Positions 1 to 9,350 of a stretch of DNA of 64,000 bases are shown here, one piece after another. Every line of letters begins with the position of its first letter. Position 1 is the stretch's first letter. Source of the stretch: an uncultured Candidatus Saccharibacteria bacterium. Its GTDB lineage: Bacteria; Patescibacteriota; Minisyncoccia; Phycocordibacterales; JACOZG01. The notes beneath the pieces are model-generated. The model saw nothing but the letters and a program-made list of their open reading frames with translations. It was not told the DNA's origin and searched no databases. The stretch covers positions 394,455 through 458,454 of the forward strand of contig OZ246403.1 of assembly GCA_965230925.1 (NCBI GenBank). The letters are read 5' to 3'. Both the position numbers and the translations under genes were made by a program.

Positions 1-1816
1 CCGGAACACCGAAGGTCAAAACCTTGGTGACTGTTTGCTGGGGCTCAAGGGTAAAAGTTCCCGCTTGGCTATAGAGCGTTTCCCAATTTTCGGGCAAATC
101 AAAGTCGAGAGTAAAAGTTGAATCAGCACAATTGACCGAGTCCTGATTCGTAACAGTTAAAATCACAGCGCCCACACCGGTCACCGCCACTTCTGACGAA
201 CTATTAACTTGCATCGTAGGCAAAGCACTAGTGCAAGTACCAGGGTTAAGGGTAACGTCGAAAATAATCCCCCCCTCTCCTGAGCTAATGACCGGACCGA
301 TCGTTAAACCAAGACCCTCGTCAACAAAAGGCGTCGCGCCAACGTTTAAAGTAACCTGGCGAGAATCAAAACTCCATGAGTTAGAGGTGTTTGGCGTAAG
401 ATCCAAGAGACGTGGATTGGGAATACTCAAAAATGGCTGTATGACGCGATTAATAAATAAGCCATGCTGATTTGGTTCAAAACCTGAATCATCAAGCTTG
501 GAGTCGAAACCAACTCCACGACGATATTCTAAGTAAAATGGCGGCGGCGTAACTCCTGAAGAGTTAGGGAATGAGATTTTAGCCGCACGAGAACCGCTTG
601 ATCCTTCCAAGGTCTTAAGCACATATCGACCAGACTGAGTAATGTTGAGCACCTCATTTCCAGTCAACCAGTTGAGATACGTTTTTGAGAAAGCATTGAA
701 GTGTGTGGCGAAGGCGCCAGTACCCATGGTGTCGAAAGGATTACCATATTCAATCACTTCACAGTTTCCGTATAACGTTTGATTACCACAATTCCACCCG
801 CTCGCATGGACCAAACCCAAGCCATGACCCAACTCATGGCTTAAAATGTGGTCAAAATTTGTCCAAGAAAAGGGCATCTCACTATACTGATCTGTATAAT
901 CCGCAAGATTACCAACAGCAGAAAGAGAAAAACGGTAAGTGTTTTCTCCAATAAGGATATTGTTTTTCCCGATACTAGACCAACCACCTAAAAAGCAAGG
1001 GTGTTGTACCAAAATCACAACCCGGTCATAGCGGGAAAAATCAATTCCGTCCTCAAGAAGGATGTTGTCCAACTCTCCCGGCGCCAATCCGTCATGACCC
1101 AAAGTAGGTCGGACACAACTACCGTTAACTAAACCCGGGCGTGGCAAGGTGTACCAACCTCGCACCTCACCGTCAAAACTCACCCGACCAGCAGATTGTT
1201 CTTCGAAGAAAGCAGCGGTGGTGCTGGCGAAAACTAATTGCTCAGCTGTGGCAAGATCAAAAACCGCCGGACCAGAATCAGTAAATTTAACGAGCAAAAC
1301 CAAGGTCTCCTGCTCGCCCACCGACTCAGGAAGAGGTAAAGGGTCAAGATGAACAAGCGACTGATCTTCTGGTTGACTCACCCACAAAGTATTGGCCGCG
1401 CGATAGCCACTCACTTGCACCCTAGTGCCAGAAGGCCAGGCAAGATTACCAGCTAATTCTAAGGTAACGCGAGCGCCATTATCTTGTTTCAATTCATAAT
1501 GGAAATACGATTCGGCTGTATTATCAAAATCATCAAAATGAGTAACTTCTAAAACACCCGTGAGGGTAACAGGCGTCCCAAGCACCGGGTCAACCCCTAA
1601 AGGTCGGGCAAGGGAGGCCGTGAGACCTGAGGGTTTAATCTTTACCCGAGAACTACCCCCGCCATCACTTGGTCGGGAGGGAGCTGGGGTAGCTGATTGA
1701 ACCTCTCTTTTTTCAACAGGTCGAAAGGATTCAACCGCCTCATGCCCCCAACTAAAATGAGGGATAATAAAACTAATACTTACCGCCACCAGCAAAAACA
1801 AGCTTTTGTTTTTCAT
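1..1816 (-). CDS. Secreted zinc metalloprotease, metzincin (gametolysin/M11-like), truncated at its C-terminus by the window edge
   Basis: ATG at 1816 (minus strand) followed by a signal peptide (MKNKSLFLLVAVSISFIIP). Open reading frame runs to position 1 with no stop by my manual translation. It contains HELGHGLGLVH, the HExxHxxGxxH metzincin zinc-binding motif. It was not in the ORF track because it runs off the window. Confidence 0.7.
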   Translation of the reverse strand, partial: MKNKSLFLLVAVSISFIIPHFSWGHEAVESFRPVEKREVQSATPAPSRPSDGGGSSRVKIKPSGLTASLARPLGVDPVLGTPVTLTGVLEVTHFDDFDNTAESYFHYELKQDNGARVTLELAGNLAWPSGTRVQVSGYRAANTLWVSQPEDQSLVHLDPLPLPESVGEQETLVLLVKFTDSGPAVFDLATAEQLVFASTTAAFFEEQSAGRVSFDGEVRGWYTLPRPGLVNGSCVRPTLGHDGLAPGELDNILLEDGIDFSRYDRVVILVQHPCFLGGWSSIGKNNILIGENTYRFSLSAVGNLADYTDQYSEMPFSWTNFDHILSHELGHGLGLVHASGWNCGNQTLYGNCEVIEYGNPFDTMGTGAFATHFNAFSKTYLNWLTGNEVLNITQSGRYVLKTLEGSSGSRAAKISFPNSSGVTPPPFYLEYRRGVGFDSKLDDSGFEPNQHGLFINRVIQPFLSIPNPRLLDLTPNTSNSWSFDSRQVTLNVGATPFVDEGLGLTIGPVISSGEGGIIFDVTLNPGTCTSALPTMQVNSSSEVAVTGVGAVILTVTNQDSVNCADSTFTLDFDLPENWETLYSQAGTFTLEPQQTVTKVLTFGVP

Positions 1817-1863
1817 CGCCGCCAGCATACAGGAAAACGCTATTTATGTCAAGCACAAGACGC

Positions 1864-2271
1864 CTAAAAACCCGTCTGACTACCGAAAAAACGCTTAATA
1901 TCAGCCACAATTTCCTCGAGGCGAAAATTGGCTTTGAGGTAGTATTTATCAATCTTTAACGCTCGATACTTAGCAATAGTTTCTTCATTGGTACTATTTG
2001 AGACCACGAAGGCCGGCGTAGCCTTACGCTTCTCATCGCTCCGCACCCGCTTAAGAAAATCGAGACCGGTCTTATCGCCAAGAAGGTAGTGGTCAAGCCA
2101 GACCAGATCAATCACCTCCTCCTCTTTAATCAGATACTCTTCCGCTTGATCGAAGGTTCGCGCCGTAAGCACGCTGTAGCCCTCGCGCTCGAGCTTGTCT
2201 TTAATCGCGCGCAGAAGAAGCATGTCGTCCTCGAGAAGCAAAATTGTTTTTTTGATTACAGGGTTTTCCAT
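1864..2271 (-). CDS. Response regulator, stand-alone CheY-like receiver domain
   Basis: 135 aa with the acidic pocket (LLLEDD ... VWLDHYL) and conserved Lys typical of REC domains. It sits 3 nt downstream of a histidine kinase on the same strand. Confidence 0.8.
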   Translation of the reverse strand: MENPVIKKTILLLEDDMLLLRAIKDKLEREGYSVLTARTFDQAEEYLIKEEEVIDLVWLDHYLLGDKTGLDFLKRVRSDEKRKATPAFVVSNSTNEETIAKYRALKIDKYYLKANFRLEEIVADIKRFFGSQTGF

Positions 2272-2274
2272 AAT

Positions 2275-3384
2275 TTAAGATAGTTCTTTAATCCCCTCTT
2301 TCTTCACCATACCAGTAAGTGGCAACCGGATGGTAAACGTGGTCCCCTTCCCCTCGAGCGAATCAAAGCTAATGAGACCACCGGCGCTGTCTACAATAGA
2401 CTTCACAATATATAAACCCAAGCCCGTCCCTTCCGCTTCTCTCTCTTTAACATTATCGGAGCGGAAGAGCTTCGTAAAGACACGGGCGCGATCGGAGGCC
2501 GGGATACCAAAACCGGTGTCGGTAACCCGGAGCACAATCGCCGTCGGCTCGCGCAACAGATAGAGCGTAATCGTGCCATCAACCGGGGTATACTTCACCG
2601 CGTTCGAGAGCAGATTCTGAAAAATGATGCGCACCAAACGCGGATCAGCATTAATGAGCCCGAGGTCAGGGTCATAATTTTTCTTCACCTCAATATTCTT
2701 GCTGGAAATCCCAGGAACAAGCTCAGCCACCACACTGTCGGCGATCTCGGCAAGATTGGTGGGTTCCGGTTCAATGGCAAAGCTCCCCAGATCAATGCGC
2801 GAGACGTTGAGCAGAGCATTCACCAACTCAACCATCCGGCGATTGGCCTCGTATAGACTTTCTAAATATTCTTTCTGCTTCGGATTAAGCTCACCCACTT
2901 CACCAGAGAGCAACATCTCACCATACCAACTAATCGCCGAGAGTGGAGTGCGAAGCTGATGTGAAGCGAGCGAGACGAATTCCGTCTTGGCCTGATCAAC
3001 TTCCTTTTCCTTAGTAATATCGCGCAAAAGGATAATCGCGCCGTTGACGGTTTGACCCCGCAAGAGCGGCGCAATCATCATTGAGACTGGGAGCATCTGA
3101 CCTTGGCGATTCTTGAGATAAATATTGTCGACAAAACTAATCGAGACAATATTCTTATCACGGATCGCCTTTTCGACCGGCACCTCTTCTGGTATCACCG
3201 CTTCCTTGCCTTTAAAAAACTGAAAAACAGAGTCGAGTGCTTGCCCCACCGCTTCTTGTGGCGCGAAACGCAAGAGCACGCCAGCAGCCTGGTTCATCAA
3301 AATAATTTTACGATCATTATCAACCACCACCATCCCCTCAGCCATGGAGGAAAGAATCGCATTTACCTGATCACTCGGAATCAT
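2275..3384 (-). CDS. Sensor histidine kinase (PAS-HisKA-HATPase_c), soluble
   Basis: H-box SHQLRTPL, N/G1/G2 boxes (NAVKYT, DTGFGIP, GTGLGL) and an N-terminal PAS-like region. No TM segment. A TATAAT-like box lies just upstream of the ATG at 3384. Confidence 0.85.
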   Translation of the reverse strand: MIPSDQVNAILSSMAEGMVVVDNDRKIILMNQAAGVLLRFAPQEAVGQALDSVFQFFKGKEAVIPEEVPVEKAIRDKNIVSISFVDNIYLKNRQGQMLPVSMMIAPLLRGQTVNGAIILLRDITKEKEVDQAKTEFVSLASHQLRTPLSAISWYGEMLLSGEVGELNPKQKEYLESLYEANRRMVELVNALLNVSRIDLGSFAIEPEPTNLAEIADSVVAELVPGISSKNIEVKKNYDPDLGLINADPRLVRIIFQNLLSNAVKYTPVDGTITLYLLREPTAIVLRVTDTGFGIPASDRARVFTKLFRSDNVKEREAEGTGLGLYIVKSIVDSAGGLISFDSLEGKGTTFTIRLPLTGMVKKEGIKELS

Positions 3385-3400
3385 AGACTAGAGATTATAT

Positions 3401-3433
3401 ATAAAAAGCGCCCGCCAATCCATATTGGCGGGC
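3401..3433 (-). terminator. Intrinsic terminator (GC hairpin + T-run on minus strand) after ORF 3433..3756
   Basis: Minus-strand read: GCCCGCCAAT-ATGG-ATTGGCGGGC followed by GCTTTTTATATATAA. Confidence 0.6.
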
Positions 3434-3756
3434 TACTCAACGGGAGAACCATTGGTTACCGGTTCAGGGAATTGATCCGGGGAGAGAAGGAGCAAGGGCA
3501 CACAGTACAGCTGACCCCCTTGCTGCACAATGAAAACATGCTCCTCGCTGCTTTGGTTAAACAAAAGGTACGAAGCCTCTCTAAAGGTAATTGGCTCGTG
3601 ATTTTGCTTACCCAAACAACCCATTCGAGAGATCGGGAGAGCCGTCACGTCGGCAGGAAAACGATATTGCCGAAGATGTTCTAATTGCCCAGAAATCAGC
3701 TGATTGGTGTGACGACCAAAATCGAATCTCAACCAGCGCCTCGTGGTGTCCCACAA
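3433..3756 (-). CDS. Hypothetical protein. Has its own terminator. Same frame as ORF 3784..4047, separated by a single TAA.
   Basis: ORF-track start is TTG. A downstream terminator supports expression. No recognisable motif. Confidence 0.35.
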   Translation of the reverse strand: MWDTTRRWLRFDFGRHTNQLISGQLEHLRQYRFPADVTALPISRMGCLGKQNHEPITFREASYLLFNQSSEEHVFIVQQGGQLYCVPLLLLSPDQFPEPVTNGSPVE

Positions 3757-4104
3757 GATATTGGTCTTCGTTGGTAATTGGTCTTAGGAACCAAACACCA
3801 ATGCCACCAATATGCTTCCTCCATCTATATCCACCTCGAAAACATAGTCATTGAAACGAGGGCGACGATGGAGAAAAAGCGCTTTCTGAAACTCAATCTG
3901 GCGAGGTGACTGGACATACAAGTCCACCAAAGGCACCTCCTTACGGACAACGGGAAAGTGGTAATACTTACCCCGCCGAAAATGGCTCCCACATTGATCA
4001 TTAAACTCCCTTGCCGATGATCCCAAAGACCAGTATGGTAATGGCACTTTGCATCACCTCCTTCCATCCTAGAGCCTAACAAGAATCAGCTAAAAGTAAA
4101 CCTG

Positions 4105-4187
4105 TGCGCGGGAGAGGACTTGAACCTCCATGCCCAAAGGGCGCTACCACCTCAAGGTAGTGCGTCTGCCAATTTCGCCACCCGCGC
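4105..4187 (-). tRNA. tRNA-Leu (anticodon GAG), long variable arm
   Basis: Reverse-complement cloverleaf: acceptor GCGCGGG/CCCGCGC, anticodon stem CTACC/GGTAG with loop TTGAGGT, long variable arm, T-loop GGTTCAAGTCC. Confidence 0.85.
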
Positions 4188-4202
4188 GTATTTAATTGAG
4201 AC

Positions 4203-4625
4203 TTAGGCCGCGACTTCTGCTGCTACTGGCTCGGCTTCCGCCTTCGCCTCTTCGGCCACAATCATCTTCACGGCCTGCTCGCCCATCTTGCGGCGAATCT
4301 CCTTCGCCGACTTGGTCCGGATGTAGTATAGCTTGGACCGACGAACCTTAGAAGATCGGAGGACTTCGATTTTATCAATATTAGGAGAATAGAGTGGGAA
4401 AATTTTCTCCACGCCCACGCCGCTCGCCACCTTGCGGATCGTAAAGGTTCCACCTGCCTCGCCGCCGTGTTTGCGCGCAATAAGAAGACCCTCGAAGGCC
4501 TGGAGCCGCGTCTTATCCTTCTCTTTAATCTTCTGCCAGACGCGCACAGTCTGACCCGCGCGAAGGTCTAAGCCTCGGCGAGCCTCAATATCCACGGGGG
4601 AAATAATGACTTGGCGGGTATTCAT
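4203..4625 (-). CDS. rplS: 50S ribosomal protein L19 with Ala/Glu-rich C-terminal extension
   Basis: MNTRQVI...[21 protein letters not shown] matches the L19 family. ATG at 4625; the ORF-track start at 4796 is an upstream read-through. Confidence 0.85.
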   Translation of the reverse strand: MNTRQVIISPVDIEARRGLDLRAGQTVRVWQKIKEKDKTRLQAFEGLLIARKHGGEAGGTFTIRKVASGVGVEKIFPLYSPNIDKIEVLRSSKVRRSKLYYIRTKSAKEIRRKMGEQAVKMIVAEEAKAEAEPVAAEVAA

Positions 4626-4641
4626 AAGCCCTAGCAAATTA

Positions 4642-5322
4642 TCACAAGGCCCGAAGATAATCAAGCGTGGCTTGGAAATCGGGGGGTAATTCAGCCTCAA
4701 ACTTATTCCGCCCACCACTTGGTAACGAAATCTCAAGACTTGCCGCATGCAAAGCCAAACGCCCCATCGAGGGTAAACATTCACGCTTCGGCGCATACAA
4801 ATGATCGCAAATAATCGGGTGGCCGAGCGCCTTCAAGTGCACCCGTAGCTGATGTGTCCGCCCCGTTTTGGGCCAAAGGTCGAGATAATCATAGTCTTCT
4901 TGCCCGACACCGCGGCGGGTAAAAGTCTCCAAAACTTCGTAACTCGTACTCGCCTCTCGCAAGGGCGGCTTCGCTTTCTCATCAGCCAAACGCAAAAAGG
5001 TGCGCTTGGGGTGCCGACCAATAGGCAAATTAATTTCCCCAGTTTTATCTTTCAAATTCCCATACACAATGGCGCGATAATTCTTCGCCAAAGTTCTCGC
5101 TTGGAATTGCTGCTTCATAAAATCATGCGCCGCCTCACTCTTCGCGAGCACCAGAACGCCGCTTGTCTCGCGATCAAGCCGATGTACCAAGCGACAACCG
5201 GTAAAATAATCGAGTACTGTCTTAGCAACCTGGCGGGCCTCGCCCGTCGGCTGTGTTAACAAGCCGGAGGGTTTATTAATCACCACCACATCAGCGTCTT
5301 CATAAATAATTTTGGGCTGCAT
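4642..5322 (-). CDS. RluA-family pseudouridine synthase
   Basis: [10 protein letters not shown] ... [15 protein letters not shown] catalytic Asp motif. Confidence 0.85.
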   Translation of the reverse strand: MQPKIIYEDADVVVINKPSGLLTQPTGEARQVAKTVLDYFTGCRLVHRLDRETSGVLVLAKSEAAHDFMKQQFQARTLAKNYRAIVYGNLKDKTGEINLPIGRHPKRTFLRLADEKAKPPLREASTSYEVLETFTRRGVGQEDYDYLDLWPKTGRTHQLRVHLKALGHPIICDHLYAPKRECLPSMGRLALHAASLEISLPSGGRNKFEAELPPDFQATLDYLRAL

Positions 5323-5327
5323 AAATT

Positions 5328-6011
5328 TTATTTCCCCTTTCTCCTCTCCCTCCCATTATAATCCTCCAAAATTTGGAAAAACTCATCGCGGGTGAGGGCG
5401 GGCCAGAGGGTTGGGGTAAAAGCGAGTTCGCTGTAGACAGTTTGCCATGGGAGGAAGCCAGATAAACGTTGCTCACCGCTGGTTCTAATTATTAAATCTG
5501 GGTCGGGAACACCGGCGGTCCAGAGTGCGTTTGAAAAATCTGCTTCGGTGGGATTGGTTATTTTTTGATTTATCAACTTTTTTGTCGCGGCCAAGATTTC
5601 CGCCCGGCCGCCATAGGAAAGAGCGAGAACTAAAGTGAGCCTCTTGTTGTTCTTAGTTTTTTCCTCAGCTTCAACAATAAGTTTCTGTAGTGACGGGCTA
5701 AATTTTTCTCGTTGACCAATACAGCGCACCCGCACCCCGTCGCGTAATAAAATTCCAAGCTCGTGAGTCAAAACAAATTTAAACAATTTTAAGAGATACG
5801 TCACTTCCGGTTTCGGCCGTTGCCAGTTCTCAGTCGAAAAAGCGTACACGATCACACTCGCAATACCCGCTTCTTCCGCCCAACGACACAGCTCTTTCAG
5901 TTTTTCATAACCTTTTCGATGGCCCTCAAGCAAAGGCAAATTATGCTCCCGCGCATAGCGCCGATTGCCGTCCATAATAATGCCGAGGCATTTGATCTCT
6001 TGTGTAGCCAC
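5328..6011 (-). CDS. uppS: Isoprenyl transferase (undecaprenyl-diphosphate synthase)
   Basis: IMDGNRRYA and ALSYGGR motifs of the cis-IPPS family. Confidence 0.85.
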   Translation of the reverse strand: MATQEIKCLGIIMDGNRRYAREHNLPLLEGHRKGYEKLKELCRWAEEAGIASVIVYAFSTENWQRPKPEVTYLLKLFKFVLTHELGILLRDGVRVRCIGQREKFSPSLQKLIVEAEEKTKNNKRLTLVLALSYGGRAEILAATKKLINQKITNPTEADFSNALWTAGVPDPDLIIRTSGEQRLSGFLPWQTVYSELAFTPTLWPALTRDEFFQILEDYNGRERRKGK

Positions 6012-6023
6012 AATCTTAGAACT

Positions 6024-7967
6024 TTAAGACTGCCAGTTTAGAGACACATTGTCGATAAGTAAACGATCGCTGTTTAGTCCACCTCCATTTTCCGCCGCAT
6101 AATTAGCAAAACGTAAATAAAGTTTGTCTCCAAGATTCAGGCCAAATTGAGTGAGAAGTTCATTGAGATTAATAGATCGAGATGACCAAGCAAGACTAGT
6201 AGCACTCAAGTCGGTGGCTCGATACCAAGTAATTCCGTCGAGACTAAAAGCTAAACCGTCACCCCAATTTGCAGGGTTCGTAAGTTCGAGTGTCCCAGGA
6301 CCATTTGGTAAAAGTGGGTTCGCCACGTGATCACTTTCCGGCGTTCGATAATCAAAGTTGATCAAGAGATCGCCCACATGCTCTATCTTAAACTCCAGAT
6401 CAGCAGCAGCGATACCATCACCAAAGGCGGAATTTCCCCAGCGTGAAAGTTCGATATAAGACGGGCCACCAGCGACACCTAAACTATCTTTGCTGTCAAT
6501 TCTAATCCGACCGGAATCGTTGGTTCGCATCTGCCACCACGATTGGAATTGCGACACTTCTTTGTTTTCTAAATTATCGCTAAATGAAAGTGGCGCCGTC
6601 CCAGCAATTAATAACTTACCGCGATACACCACTTCCCCCTGCGAACTCACTGCACGAACAACAAGCGGCGACACTTGCGCTGGACCTTCAGCGCTCGGAG
6701 TAAAAGTTAAAACTCCCGAACTCGAGTTAATCTGCGCACCAGCCGGAGCGTTCACTAAACTATAGTTTACCCCGCTCCCCTCACCGAGAGTTTGAAAATC
6801 AAATTGATACGCCGTGCCACGAGCAATTGGGCGCCAATCAAGTGGCACATTTGTAAAATAAGGTGGCAAATTGGTGAGACCGAGCAATGGGTGCGTAAGT
6901 GAGCGCGCCAGGTTGAGATTGCCGCAACCATCTTCATCACCACCAGCCAGATCATCGTGATCAGTAGCACCCGAGCAAAGCACGGTCTTAGCTTCCGCGA
7001 GAGTAAGATCTGGCTTCAAGCTAAACAGTGTGGCAAGAGCACCAGCGGCGAGCGGCCCAGCGGATGACGTACCACCAAACCAGCGATATAAATTATTTTG
7101 CCCATTATGCTTCCACCAAGGCACCACAATTTCACCACCCGGTGCGAGAAAATCAACTTGTTTAAAATTTGGATTAGACTCGTAATCGCTAAATGGTCGG
7201 CGCACTCCAGCCTGATCATGCGCCCCCACCGCAAAGACATTGGGGTGGCCTGCAATATCGCCAATGAGGTTATCGTCATAATCATTCCCGGTAGGAATCA
7301 CCACCGCAACACCAGCGCTCGACGCATTTTGGAGCGCGACGTAGAGCGGACTACCGGGCGAGATCGGCACGTGTTCCATATTAATAAGAATTACTTTCGC
7401 CCCCCACTCTACCGCATAGTTAACAGGTCCGACAATTTGACTGGGATTATTGGTCGTGAGGCGGCAAATAAAAAGTGGAAACTGATGAAAACCGTAACTG
7501 CCACGACTATTACCCGCAAGTGCCGTAATGAGACCGGCGCTTGCCGTACCGTGGCCATTATCATCACTCATTGGCTGAAGATCGCAAAAACTATCTGCGG
7601 TATTATAAGAAAGATTAAGCCCGGACAACTCTTCATGTGTAGCATTAATACCAGTAGAAATAATCGCCACCTTAACCGGAGAAATTTCCGGATGAGCAGC
7701 TAAATAACTACGAACCGCGGGTACTCCCAAAGATTGTTGCGCCCAGTCGTTATAAGGATCATTGGAACCATTATCTCGCGAAAATATTTGGAGAAGAGGT
7801 TGATTGATGGACGACTTGGGTATTACTTGATTGGAAGCGGCCAGATACTCTTCGAGTCCCCCCAGGTAGGCAAGCTCGCGACGCAAAGTGATGGCCAAGT
7901 AAAATGCGTGTAGCGTAACAATAACGAGAATTAATAAAAAAATCTTCTTCTGTGCGTCTTCTGACAT
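6024..7967 (-). CDS. Secreted/membrane-anchored subtilisin-like serine protease (S8) with C-terminal extension
   Basis: Catalytic triad contexts DDNGHGT (His) and GTSSAGPLAAGA (Ser); N-terminal hydrophobic segment. Likely ATG at 7967, preceded by TATAAT. Confidence 0.8.
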   Translation of the reverse strand: MSEDAQKKIFLLILVIVTLHAFYLAITLRRELAYLGGLEEYLAASNQVIPKSSINQPLLQIFSRDNGSNDPYNDWAQQSLGVPAVRSYLAAHPEISPVKVAIISTGINATHEELSGLNLSYNTADSFCDLQPMSDDNGHGTASAGLITALAGNSRGSYGFHQFPLFICRLTTNNPSQIVGPVNYAVEWGAKVILINMEHVPISPGSPLYVALQNASSAGVAVVIPTGNDYDDNLIGDIAGHPNVFAVGAHDQAGVRRPFSDYESNPNFKQVDFLAPGGEIVVPWWKHNGQNNLYRWFGGTSSAGPLAAGALATLFSLKPDLTLAEAKTVLCSGATDHDDLAGGDEDGCGNLNLARSLTHPLLGLTNLPPYFTNVPLDWRPIARGTAYQFDFQTLGEGSGVNYSLVNAPAGAQINSSSGVLTFTPSAEGPAQVSPLVVRAVSSQGEVVYRGKLLIAGTAPLSFSDNLENKEVSQFQSWWQMRTNDSGRIRIDSKDSLGVAGGPSYIELSRWGNSAFGDGIAAADLEFKIEHVGDLLINFDYRTPESDHVANPLLPNGPGTLELTNPANWGDGLAFSLDGITWYRATDLSATSLAWSSRSINLNELLTQFGLNLGDKLYLRFANYAAENGGGLNSDRLLIDNVSLNWQS

Positions 7968-8045
7968 AGGGTTTATTATAAAACAAATCTCCCCCAACCG
8001 TCGCCGGTTAGGGGAAAAGTGAACTATCTTGTTTGTTTGGATTGT

Positions 8046-8645
8046 TTAGCGTCGTCGCCTGCTGATGAGACAGCCAGCACCGACAAACATCAAGGTGAGC
8101 GTGGCTGGCTCGGGAACGATCGTGAAATCTGACGTGATGGTTCCAACGAAGTTCACCTCGACAACAAACAAATTGTCGTCAAGAAACTGAATGGTAAAAT
8201 CACTTTCGCTCAGATTCAGCTCCCCACCCGCAATCATTTTGACTTTGTTTTTGACCTCAGTGATCGATGGATCACCAACAAACTCGGAATATGACGCTTG
8301 GAATTGCAGCGGAGGATCGAGGAACAAAAATGTCCCATCACCAAGAGGTATCTCGGGAACGGTAATAGTCTGACCACCACCCGCTCCATGAGGAACCTGA
8401 TCACCCCCCAGTTCACCAAGATTAGCAAAGGTGAACTCGAAATCTCCCACGTTACCAGGAACTGGACTCTCGGCTGGCGTGACAGACAAGAAGGTGTCTG
8501 AACCTTGAGGATCAAACTCCCCCACAATCCGAGCAACTAACTCACTGTGATCACCGTCGAGAGAAATGAATATTGGGCCCGCCCAGGACAGCTGGGGCAG
8601 TGACAGCGTTGTCAGCAAAGCCGACAAAACAAAGCATCTACTCAT
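8046..8645 (-). CDS. Secreted protein with C-terminal PEP-CTERM sorting signal
   Basis: Signal peptide MSRCFVLSALLTTLSLPQLSWA; C-terminus VPEPATLTLMFVGAGCLISRRRR (PEP motif + TM helix + Arg cluster); RBS AAGGAG upstream. Confidence 0.65.
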   Translation of the reverse strand: MSRCFVLSALLTTLSLPQLSWAGPIFISLDGDHSELVARIVGEFDPQGSDTFLSVTPAESPVPGNVGDFEFTFANLGELGGDQVPHGAGGGQTITVPEIPLGDGTFLFLDPPLQFQASYSEFVGDPSITEVKNKVKMIAGGELNLSESDFTIQFLDDNLFVVEVNFVGTITSDFTIVPEPATLTLMFVGAGCLISRRRR

Positions 8646-8659
8646 GGAAAGAACTCCTT

Positions 8660-8687
8660 AAAAAGCCTGCCGATAGACTAGCAGGTT
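8660..8687 (-). terminator. Intrinsic terminator downstream of the tRNA-Val/tRNA-Arg pair
   Basis: Minus-strand read: CCTGC-uagucuaucg-GCAGG followed by CTTTTT, directly before the RBS of the PEP-CTERM gene. Confidence 0.5.
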
Positions 8688-8707
8688 TATAGAAAAATGT
8701 CAAATAG

Positions 8708-8726
8708 GTGGACGATGCAGGACTCG
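8708..8726 (-). repeat. 19-bp copy of the 3' end of tRNA-Val (tRNA fragment, direct repeat)
   Basis: GTGGACGATGCAGGACTCG at 8708-8726 is identical to 8824-8842 (the 3' acceptor/T-arm end of tRNA-Val). Confidence 0.7.
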
Positions 8727-8824
8727 GTCACAACTCGCCGCGTGCTCACGGCGGTCGCGACCCCATCTCCCTCGCCTCCGCTCGGTCCGACCTTCGAGTC
8801 CTTGAGGGTGGCAATAAATATATG

Positions 8825-8897
8825 TGGACGATGCAGGACTCGAACCTGCGACCTTCCCGGTGTAAACGGGTTGCTCTACCAACTGAGCTAATCGTCC
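8825..8897 (-). tRNA. tRNA-Val (anticodon TAC)
   Basis: Reverse complement GGACGAT-TAGCTCAGTTGGTAGAGC...GGTTCGAGTCC...ATCGTCCA with anticodon loop TTTACAC. Confidence 0.8.
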
Positions 8898-8915
8898 TTC
8901 TTTAAACTCACCTAA

Positions 8916-8987
8916 TGCCCTCGGTAGGAATCGAACCTACATATCCGGCTTAGAAGTCCGGAGTTCTATCCATTGAACTACGAGGGC
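8916..8987 (-). tRNA. tRNA-Arg (anticodon TCT)
   Basis: Reverse complement GCCCTCG-TAGTTCAATGGATAGAAC...anticodon loop CTTCTAA (as in E. coli argU)...GGTTCGATTCC...CGAGGGCA. Confidence 0.75.
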
Positions 8988-9019
8988 AAATTAAATCAGA
9001 ACAGTTACAACCTAGCAAA

Positions 9020-9349
9020 CTACCGGCTTGGGTCAATGACGGTGGGCGGCGTTTGGCGGACCGCCTCAAGCTCGGTTTCCTTAGCGGCAATCTGATCAAT
9101 TACCTGACGAATCAGGTTCTGATCAACCACCCGCACCACCTCCGCCGAAGATTCACTTGCCGCCATTTCCTCTAAACTAATGAGTTCGGCAAAAAGAAAA
9201 TATGAAGCGAGAAAAACTCCAAAAAGCAGGAGGGAAAAGAAAATCACAATCACCTGCCAATCACGCGCCGGGTGGAACTCGCGTTTGGATTTATCTTCGC
9301 CCTTAATTTTAATTTTCCCCTGGGGAGATTTTTTCTTGAAAAGATTCAT
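9020..9349 (-). CDS. Single-pass membrane protein downstream of pilMNO (possible pilus-assembly accessory protein)
   Basis: 109 aa with one TM helix; translationally coupled to the upstream gene (1-nt gap). Confidence 0.4.
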   Translation of the reverse strand: MNLFKKKSPQGKIKIKGEDKSKREFHPARDWQVIVIFFSLLLFGVFLASYFLFAELISLEEMAASESSAEVVRVVDQNLIRQVIDQIAAKETELEAVRQTPPTVIDPSR

Positions 9350-9350
9350 A

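Noticed and set aside
7098-7703. Long antisense/alternate-frame ORFs inside confirmed genes (for example 7098..7703 + inside the subtilisin, 18449..19315 - inside the beta-helix gene, 29645..30163 - and 29758..30150 + inside polA, 54176..54601 + inside the 1256-aa gene)
   Set aside because: They lie wholly within strongly supported genes on the opposite strand or in another frame, have skewed Ala/Arg/Ser/Pro composition typical of shadow ORFs in this GC range, and lack RBS or motifs.
8697-8905. Three short ORFs (8697..8891 +, 8700..8882 -, 8708..8905 +) overlapping the tRNA-Val/tRNA-Arg pair
   Set aside because: They are translations of the tRNA genes and the tRNA fragment repeat, not coding sequence.
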